DNA of 64,000 nt. Source: an uncultured Solirubrobacteraceae bacterium (lineage in GTDB: Bacteria > Actinomycetota > Thermoleophilia > Solirubrobacterales > Solirubrobacteraceae). This document shows, in pieces, positions 38,839 through 47,600 of the stretch (the first letter of the stretch is position 1; every line of letters starts with the position of its first letter). The notes under the pieces were generated by a model. The model saw only the letters and a list, made by a program, of their open reading frames with translations. It had not been told where the DNA came from and did not search any database. Position numbers and translations under genes: made by a program. The stretch is from contig CAVSJY010000007.1 of NCBI GenBank assembly GCA_963728465.1, forward strand, positions 25,090 to 89,089. Direction: 5' to 3'.

Positions 38839-39777
38839 TGCCGAGCCGCTCCTCCAGCTGGGCGACGTACGCGGCCAGCGGCTGCTCGAAGATGTCGACC
38901 TGGCGGTGGTCCCAGACCTGCCGGTCCAGCGGGTCGACCTGGAGCTGGATCGCCCACGCCGGGTAGGCGACGTCGCGCCGCGACCAGAGGTCGCGCAGCA
39001 GGACGCGCAGGTTCCAGTCGACGAGGCTGTAGCCGAGGAACAGCATCGCGCTGTTGACCAGGTGCACCAGCAGCTTCTTCGGCACGAGGCTCTCGAGGTC
39101 CGTGGTGGCGAGGAAGTCGATGTAGTGGTCCTCGCTGATCACGTAGTAGTCGTTGAACGCGCGGCGCTGCGCGCGGTCGACCGCGCCGTGGACCTTCAGG
39201 ATCACGGACTGCTCGTCGAGCCAGGATCGCGTGTCCTCGCCGGGCTTCTCGATCAGCTCCGGGTCGCCGGTCCCGCCCCGCGCACCCAGCAGCGCCCTTC
39301 GCGCGTGGCGCGGTAGTAGATCGTCGAGAACGGCTCGCCGGCCGCGTCGTAGGCCTGCTCGAGCGCGTCGTCGTAGTTCGTCGTCAGGACGAGCTGGTGC
39401 TGCCCCGTCCGCGCCGGCAGGGCGGCGAGGAAGCGGTGCACCGTGGTCGGGCCGTATTCGGCGCCGAACACGTCGTGCAGCGAGTCGCGCAGGAACGCCT
39501 CGTCCTTGAGCTGCGCGAACTGCGCGACGCGCAGCAGGTCGCCGCGGTCCCGCGGCCCTCGGGGTAGTGGTGCTCGTCCGCGAGCAGCTCGGCCAGCTCC
39601 GCGCCGTTGGGGAGGTTGTGCCCGCGGACGTACGTCTCGTCCTCCGCGCGGTCGGACAGGTTGGCGCCCGCGCCGAGCAGCGTGACCAGCCCGCCGCGCT
39701 CGAGGTTGCGCAGCACCTGCCTGTAGTGGTCCTCGGTCGGGCTGGAGCGCCTGGACGCTCATCGCGGCGCGCCTCAT
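38819..39777 (-). CDS. SIR2-like (SIR2_2, defence-type NADase fold) protein, with at least 2 apparent frameshifts (near 39735, 39560 and 39290)
   Basis: The pieces are LVTLLGAGANLS, QLVLTTNYDDALEQAY, ILKVHGAVDR (His codon 39188..39190) and MLFLGYSLVDWNLR. The ATG at 39777 overlaps the upstream stop (ATGA). The 3' end overlaps the STAND gene by 20 nt. Confidence 0.75.
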
Positions 39778-40327
39778 CGGCGGACAGGCCCGCTGCGGCC
39801 GGCGGCGGAGCGTCGCGCCGGGCTCTTGCGGCGAGGTAGCAGCGGCCGGCGCGGACGTCGACGGTCCGGCCGCCGCCGGTCCGTCACGACGACGAGCCCC
39901 TCCTTGACTTTGAAGATCGTGCCGTCGCAGCGGTCGCGCACCGTCCAGACCGTGCCGCGGCCGGACCCGCGCCCGTAGCCGCCGGCGCCGCGAAAGCCGC
40001 CCGCGCGAGCGGATCCGCATGGACGCCTCGTAGGGCAGCCGCGACGCCCGCGCCCTCTTGCAGCTCTGCGGGCCGCTGTCCAGGCGCAGCGTCGGCAGGG
40101 CGGCCGCCCCGTCGCCCTGCTCGACGGTGAACACGCCGCCGCGAACGAAGCCTGGCCGATGGTGCCCGGGCCGTCGGGCGTCGTCGTCACCGACTCGATC
40201 TCCACGGTCCCGCGCGTCGCGTCGATCGCCGTGTGCACGGGGACCTCGACCGCGGTCCGCAGGCGCGTCTGGAGCGCCGGCGGTCGACGGGGTCCTCCGC
40301 CGTGCCCGGGGCGACGAGTACGGGTCA
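39774..40327 (-). pseudogene. beta-rich secreted-protein module, either a separate ORF or the frameshifted C-terminal extension of the TolB-like protein
   Basis: The fragments are VLVAPGTAEDPVD, EVPVHTAIDATRGTVEIESV, FRGGVFTVEQGDGAAALPTLRLDSGPQSC and RGTVWTVRDRCDGTIFKVKEGLVVVTD, in at least 2 frames. I recall this pattern from C-termini of secreted proteins in related high-GC actinobacteria. Confidence 0.45.
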
Positions 40328-41242
40328 CCCGCCGGGCGCGATCGTGATGGTCTCGCCACGCTCCGGCGGCGCGACGGCGGGCGGGAGCGGCGCCCACGAG
40401 GGATCGCTGCCGGGCGCGACGGGCACGGTCCCGCCCTGGGCGCCGTCCGCGGGCATGACGTACAGGTAGTCGAACGGGACCGTGGCTGCGTATGCGATGC
40501 GCGTCCCGTCCGGCGACCAGGCGGGGAAGTGGTCGAACCCGAGCGAGTCGGCCAGCACGCGGCGGTTGCCGCCGGCGGCGTCGATGGCGTAGATGTCGAG
40601 GTCGCCGTCGTCCTCGTGCGTGTAGGCGAGCTGCGCGCCGTCGGGCGACCACGACGGGTCGGCGTCGAGACCCGGCTCCGTGGTCAGGCGCCGCAGCCCG
40701 CCGCCGGCCGGGTCGATCAGCCACAGGTCCATGTCGCCCGCCGCACGGCCGCTGGCGAACGCGATCGCGTCCCTGGATGACCACGCGGGCTGCTGGTCGA
40801 TCGCGGGGTCGAACGTGATGCGGGTCGGCAAGCCACCCGCCGCCGGCATGACGTAGAGCTCGGAGTTGCCGTCGCGCTCGCTCGCGAACGCGATCCGCGA
40901 GCCGTCCGGCGAGAACGCCGGGTCGTGGTCGCGGGCGGGGTCGGACGTGAGCCGGGTCTGGGCGCCCGTCTCCACGTCGAGCACGTAGATCTCCTCGTTG
41001 CCGTCGCGCGTGCTCGTGAACGCGAGCCGCTTCCCGTCCTGCGACCAGGCGGGGTCGCGGTCGGCGGGCCCGACCGCCACGAGGTCCGTGAGCGCGCCGG
41101 TGCCGTCCGCGTTGATCGTGGCGATCGCGGCGCCGGAGCGCTCGAAGGCGATCGGGCCGTTCGTCCCGGGGAACGCGGCCGAAGCGGGCGCCGCCGCGAC
41201 CGCGGCCACGAGCGCCGCCAGTGGGAGCGCCGCCGCCTTCAC
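40325..41242 (-). CDS. periplasmic TolB-like (PD40 / WD40-like) beta-propeller protein
   Basis: It comprises the last 305 aa of ORF 40325..44713. The GTG start at 41242 overlaps the upstream stop (GTGA). The signal peptide is VKAAALPLAALVAAVAAAPASA. It has repeated P.WSPDG..IAF.S.RDG..ELY motifs. Confidence 0.82.
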   Translation of the reverse strand: MKAAALPLAALVAAVAAAPASAAFPGTNGPIAFERSGAAIATINADGTGALTDLVAVGPADRDPAWSQDGKRLAFTSTRDGNEEIYVLDVETGAQTRLTSDPARDHDPAFSPDGSRIAFASERDGNSELYVMPAAGGLPTRITFDPAIDQQPAWSSRDAIAFASGRAAGDMDLWLIDPAGGGLRRLTTEPGLDADPSWSPDGAQLAYTHEDDGDLDIYAIDAAGGNRRVLADSLGFDHFPAWSPDGTRIAYAATVPFDYLYVMPADGAQGGTVPVAPGSDPSWAPLPPAVAPPERGETITIAPGG

Positions 41243-44200
41243 CGGCCGACCGTAGCCTGCGTCGAGAAGAGCCGGAACAGCGGATCCCCGTAGTGCTGGT
41301 ACGCGCCCCACGACCGCGCGCCGCCGCCGCTCGCGCCGGCGACCTCCTCGCGCGCGCCGCTCATCGCCTTGAACATCGGCTGCGGCTCGTCGGATTGTCC
41401 GAGCAGTGACCGGTAGAGCGTCGTCGCGAACAGGCGCGCCCCGTGGTCGTCGACCGGCCACGCCGTGCAGACGAAGTTGCCGACGCCGCGCGCGAAGAAC
41501 GACTCGGCGAAGCTCGGCGCCAGCGCTGCCGACCGCCGGCCCGAGCGGTCCGGCGTGATGCCGGACTCGCACGCGTTGGAGAACACGAACTCCGGCACCC
41601 GGTCGATCCGGCGCAGCTCGCGTGCCGCGATCGTCTGGCCGCCGGTGAAGATCCAGCCGGACCCCGCCGGGTCCTTGGCGTCGTAGAAGCAGTGGCCGGC
41701 GAAGTGCAGGACGTGGAAGCGCTTGAGGATGAGCTGCTCCAGGACGGCGGTCCGCGTCGCCTCGCGCGGGCCGAGCAGCGCCACGACCTCCACCCGCGGC
41801 GGCTCGCCGGCGCGGTTGGCCTTCTCGAACAGCTCCGCGACCTTGATCCCCTCCTCCTCGGCGCCGGGCAGGTGGGCGTCCTCGGCCGGGTCGGCGATGA
41901 CGAGCACGCGCAGCAGGCGCTCGGGCGGGGGCGGCGGCTCCGGCGGCGGCGCGAACGCGGTGCGCAGCTGCCGCGTCACCGCCGCGCCGATGCCGAGGTG
42001 CGAGTTCAGCCAGTCGGGGCTGTCCTCGGGCGTGGTGCTCGGCATCGCGTCCGCGCGCGTGACGAGCTCCCAGTGGATCCGCGCCGTCGTCGAGTCGAGC
42101 ATCAGGATCACCGGCGAGCCGCTGAGCTGCGGGCCGAGGTCTCCGGGGAACAGCAGCCGCGACAGGTAGCGGCCGTGCTCGCGGCGCCGGGTCGCGTCCG
42201 GCTCGGCCGCGAGCTGGTCGTTGGCCTCCTTCACGAGGTTCGGGTCGAGCGGGACCTCGCGCTCCGGGATCGCCGCCTTGGCGGTGATCGCGCCGAAGCG
42301 ATACGTCGCCCCCTCGCGGGTGATCGTGATGCGGGCGGGGGCCTGCTGCGTCTTGTGGTCGCGCTCGGCGCCCTCGCGCCAGCGCCGCCTGGCGGCCTCG
42401 AGGTCGGTGGCCAGCGCGCGCCGGCGCCACTTCTCCTTCGTCGCCGCGTCGGCGGGCGTGTAGCGGGCGATCAGCCGCTGCTCCTCGGCCATCCGGCGCT
42501 GCGCCACCCCCAGCGCCTCGTCGATCTCGTGCAGCCGGCGCGCGTCGAACTCCACGAACGTCACCGCCCGCACGGCCGAGTCGGCGATCTGCCCGTTGAG
42601 CGCCTGCGCGATGCCCCGCATCCAGGCCGTGATCGCGTCGGCCGGCGGCAGGTTGCCGGTGCCCGCGCCGATCAGCACCGCGGCGACGTGGCGGCGCCCG
42701 ATGCGGCCCGCCGCCCAGCACAGCTCGCGGGCCACCAGCGTCAGCTCGCCCGTGCCGAAGCGCCCGGGCACGCCCATGCCGGCGAGCATGATCAGCCTTC
42801 CGCCCGCGCGGCGGCGGGGGTCGGGCAGGACGAACGGCTGCCCGAGCTGGCCGGTGATCGTGCCGCGCAGCGACAGGTGCGCGATCAGTCCCTCGTGCGG
42901 CAGGCCGGCCGGCGCGCCCCGCGGCGCCGCCTCGCTGAGCGCGAAGTCGAGCGCGGCCTCGGCGGCCTGCGGCTGGACGCCCTCGTAGTGGCCGACGGCG
43001 ATCACGTCGGGCTTGAAGCCCGCGAGCGCCGGAGCCGTGTGCGCCTGGCCGACGTTGCCGTTCCAGAGCCCGATCTCGATCGCGGGCGGCTTCGCCTTGC
43101 GCACGGGCCGGCCGCCGCCGGGCTCGGTCTCGCCCGCGGCGGGCCGGAGGCCGAGCCAGTCGCGGACCACGAGGTCCTCCACGTGGCGCTCCTGCTCGCT
43201 GACCGCCACGGGCGCGGAGGCCGGCGGGTCGCCGCGGCCGAGCGTGCCGTCGTCGCGCGACCCGAGCCGCCGCATCGACTCGCGCATGCGGGCCTCGTCC
43301 TCCGCCGCCTCGCGCTCCGCGGTCGCGCGCAGCGACGCCGGATCGCCGCCGCCGCGGCTCGCGGGCGGCTTGGTCTTCAGGCGCTTGGTCCGGCCTCCGA
43401 GCAGCAGGTCGCCGACCGCGTCGAGGACGGCGGCGTCGCTCGTCAGCGCCCCGTGCGAGACCGGCGCGAAGTAGCGGGTGACGCCGGGCAGGTCGCCGAG
43501 CGCGTGTGGGACGCGGCCGTCGCCGTCGGTGCCGTACTGGTAGGCGGAGGGATCGCCGACGCCGGCCGTGTCGAGGCCCACCACCGTCCGCTGGCCGCTG
43601 CCCGCGACGGCCACCATGCGGGCCGGGTCGGCGACCGGCGCCAGCAGCTCGTGCACCGCCTTCGCCGCGTCGAGGTGGCGCTGGGACACGGCGGCGCCGT
43701 CGTACGTGTCCGCCAGGTACAGCGGCTCGGCGCCCGGCACGGCGGGCGAGGGCAGCATCTGGAACGTGCCGGGGAAGGTGTTGAGCACCTCGCGGACCTC
43801 CGCGAGCCCGAGCCGCAGGTCGGCCAGCGCCAGCAGCCGGACGTGCTCCTCCAGGCCGGCGATGCCGCGCGGCACGTCGTAGGAGCCCTGGTTCGGGACG
43901 CCGAGCATGATCAGCCGGCCGCCGCGCGGGCCGGGCTTGTCGGGCGACCCGTCGCACATCGCGGCCCACTGCTCGGGGTGGGCGGCGACGAACGCGCGCG
44001 CGACGAGCCCGCCCATCGAGTGCGCGACCAGGTGGACCGGCTCGGCGGGGAACCAGCGCTCGATCGCGGCGGCCAGCTCGTCCGCGCTCGTGCGCAGGTC
44101 CTTGCGCCAGTCGTAGGCGAACGCCTGCACGCGCCAGCGCTGGGAGAGGTGCATCAGCAGCTCGCCGTAGTAGCGCTTGAGGATGCCGGCCGTCTGCACG

Positions 44201-44614
44201 CGGCAGCCGGGGTCGCGCTCGCGCTCGCCGGTCGGGTCGAGCGCGAGGTTCGCCACGCCGCCGGAGATGAGCGGGAGCGCCTGGAGCCAGATCAGCGACG
44301 GGCGGTCGCCCTCCTTCTCCGCCGCGCGCGCCAGCGCGGCGCCCATCGAGCCGTGCAGCACCACGACGTTGCCGGCCGGCTCGGCCTCGCCGCGGGTGAG
44401 GTTGCGGTCCAGCGCCCGCTGGTGCATGCGCTGGTAGCGGTCTGCGCCCGAAGTACGCGATCAGGGCCTCCTGCTCGCGCACGCTCGGGCGCGCGAGCAG
44501 GCGGGCGAGCTCCTCCGGCCCGGCCGCCTCGACGGAGGCGATGAACTGCCGCTCATCCAGCTGCGCAGACAATGGTTCCGCCTCACCCGTTCGGTGTCCG
44601 GCCGACCCTGCCAT
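41239..44614 (-). CDS. multidomain protein: helical N-terminus, LCAT/PGAP1-like alpha/beta hydrolase, Macro/LAP-N-like middle domain, C-terminal CHAT protease; one apparent frameshift near 44440
   Basis: ORF 41239..44427 (1062 aa) is intact. The lipase part has FAYDWRKDL and the nucleophile elbow AHSMGG (Ser codon 44017..44019). CHAT has His in HFAGH and Cys in SNACESG (Cys codon 41569..41571). About 60 further N-terminal residues (MAGSAGH...QEALIAYFG) lie in the frame of ORF 40325..44713, from ATG 44614. Confidence 0.82.
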
Positions 44615-44699
44615 AGAAGTGGGCGGGGGTGCAACTTGACCCACGGACGCCGCCGCGGGGAGGATCGCCGGGACGGCTACGCCGGCGAGCGCCTCCGAC

Positions 44700-47600
44700 A
44701 TGGCGGAACACACGAGTGCAACCGACGTCCGGGACTTCGTCGTACCGGCGCCGGCTCAGGCGGAGATCCGCGACTTCGACTGCTGGGCGGTCGTGGTGGG
44801 CATCTCCAAGCACGCCGCCCCGGAGATCGACCTCCGCTACGCCGCACGAGACGCCCAGTCGTTCAGCGACGTGCTCCGCTCGCCGGACGCGGGCGGTTTC
44901 CGCGACGAGCGCCTGCACGTCCTCCTGGACCACGAGGCGACGACCTCGGGGCTCACCCACGCGTTCCGCACCGTCCTCAAGAAGCCGGCCCGCGAAGACC
45001 TCGTGGTGATCTACCTCGCCTGCCACGCGGTTCCGGATCCCGACCGCCCGGACAACCTCTACATCGTCACCCACGACACCCGGCCGGACGACATCTCGGG
45101 CACGGCGCTGCCCATGCTCGAGGTCCAGAACGCCATCAGGCGCACGCTGCACGCACGGCGCGTCGTCCTCCTCGCCGACATGTGCCACAGCGGCGCCATC
45201 GGCGACCGCTACGGGGCGCGGGCGGCCGCGGACCGGACGCACGTGGTCAACGCCTTCCTGCGCGGCGTCAGCGACGCGGGCGAGGGCATCGCGATGCTGA
45301 GCGCCGCCGAGGCCAACGAGGTCGCTCGCGAAGACAGGGAGCACGACAAGAAATGGGACGGGCACGGCGTCTTCACGCACTTCCTCCTGCGCGGGCTGGC
45401 CGGCGAGGCCGACCGCTCGCCGCGCGACGGAACCGTGACCGTCGGCGAGCTGTTCGACTACGTCCGCGAGCAGGTCCCCCTGGCCACCGAGAACCTCCAG
45501 CATCCCGCCATCGGCCCCGCGCGGTTCGATCGCGACCTCACGCTGGCGATCACCGCGTCGAAGCTCGCGATCGCCGAGCTCTCGCTGGGACGCGGTCTCC
45601 GGCACCTGGCTCAGCGCTGGGACGACGACGGCGTCTTCGCAGCCGCCGCTCGGCACCTCGCCGAGTCCGTCCGGATGTCCGAGCGCGTCGGCGGCGCCTC
45701 GGCCGACGTGTACGTCGAGCTCGCGCTCGCGCACCTCGCCACGAGTCAGCGATCACGGACCGACACGAACGCCGCGGGCAGGCTGCTTGCCGGCGACGAG
45801 CGCGACTCGGGCGGCTCGGCGGCTCGGCGGCGCCTCGCACGACGACTTCAGCGAGGCGCTGCGAACGCTCGCGGCGGCTGCCGCCAAGACGTCGGATCCG
45901 GCGGCGGCGGACGCCCGCTTCCATCTCGGGCTCGCATTCGCGAAGGGCGGCGACCGGGCGCAGGCCCGTCGAGCTCCTCGAGCAGTTCGCGGCGTCGTTC
46001 CCGGACGATGCTCGGGCGGAATGGGCGGGCTGGGCGGCGCGCGAGCTCCTCGCGCGAGCGGACGGCACCTCCGAGCTCGATCCCGTATGGCTGTACGAGT
46101 TCGCGGAGTTGAGGCCCGCGGCCGAGATCGCGCCAGCCGAGCTCGCGCGCCGACACGACCTGGTCGTCGAGCGCTGCCCGCCCTACCCGCAGCTCCAGCT
46201 CGCGTTCGGAAGGGCGCTCCAGCGGACGGCCGCGGAGACGCTCGCCGCGCCGCTTCGCGATCTCGTCGAGGAGCTCGACCGCCGCCTGGACGGCCCGGCG
46301 GGCTCGGGCGAGGACCTCTTCCATCGCGGCCTGGCCCGCGAGCTGCTCGGCGAACGCGACGCGGCCCTGGACGACCTCGAGCGGGCGAGCAGCTCCCAGG
46401 ACGGCAAGCGCCTGGCGAACGTGCACTACCAATACGCCCGCGCGCTGCGGGACAGCGGCGGCAACCTGCATCGCGCCCGGTCCGAGCTGGACATCGCGAT
46501 CGAGCTTGCGCCCGGGCACAAAGGCGCGCAACGACTGGGGCCGTTGATCGACGGAGCGCTCAGGGCCGCCGATAGAGCGCGCGAACGGGATGCCGCGCCC
46601 GGTCGCGAGCCGGGCTACGTCGCGGAGGACTCCGACGACATCCTCGGCTCGCTTGGCGGCTCGATCGTCCACGAGGAGCTGAAGGGCTGCCCCAGCCGCG
46701 CGGCCGCGCGTTCGGGGCCCGCGCTGGCGCGGGCGCGCGACGCTGGCGACGCCGCGGCCGTCGCGACGGCGCTCGCCGACCACGGCTCGCGCTCCTGCTC
46801 TGGGGCTTTCCCAGCGCCGCGCGCGAGCACCTGCTGGAGGCGATGCGAGTGGGTCCGCCCGCGACGGCGCTGAGGGCCGGCCTGTACGAGCGCCTCGCGA
46901 GCGCTGCCCGCTTCAACGCGTTCCCCGACGGGCAGGGCGCCGGCGCGGCGGAGATCAACGCCCGCTGGAACGCGATCGCCGACGAGAGCGCCGCCGCCGG
47001 GCGGCTCGAGCGCCTCGCGCAGGAGGCGGAGGGCTCACCGGTCCTCCAGCTCCGCCGCTGGACGAGGATCCTCGGGCTGCTGCCGCCGATTCGCAACACG
47101 CTCGAGCTGATGCGGACGATGCCCGACCCGCCGGCGCGATTCGTGGAGATGGCGCTGGCCGAGCTGCTCTCGCTGGAGGGCGACGACGACCGCGTCCCTG
47201 CGGCATGGACCGCCTACGCGCAGCTCGCGGCCGCCGACCTGTGCCGGCGCGGCGGCGAGCAGGAGCGCGGGCTCGCGCTGCTCGATCGCGCTCGCGACAC
47301 CTACGGCGCGGCGGGCGACCGCACAGGCGTGGGCGCCTGCCACCTGGCTCGCGGCGACTGGCAGGCCGCGCCGTTCAGCTCTCCGCTCAGCCTCAATCTC
47401 GCACTGCGCGAGAGCGCGTCGGAGGGCAGCGACCTCGACTGGCAGGTCGAGGAGGCGGAGTTCAGCCTGGCCGGCGCCGACCTGGATGCGGCGCGGGCCG
47501 CCTACGACGCGGCCGAGGAGGCCTTCGCGGGCGCGGGCGCGGGCCGCGGCCTCGCCGCGGTCGAGCTGCGGCGCGGCTATCTCGACGTGCTCGCCGACGA

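Noticed and set aside
39774-40327. A possible gasdermin-like or pore-forming partner for the caspase/CHAT proteases.
   Set aside because: The fragments resemble a beta-rich module seen at C-termini of secreted actinobacterial proteins (RGT.W.V.DRCDGT..KV..G.V.V.D). They do not look like a gasdermin N-terminal domain, and no other small candidate ORF exists in the island.
40325-44713. A 1462-aa ORF that looks like a single giant gene.
   Set aside because: Only its last ~305 aa (the TolB-like protein) and ~60 residues near its N-terminus (the extension of the lipase-CHAT protein) are real coding frames. The middle is the Arg-rich off-frame of the 1062-aa ORF 41239..44427.
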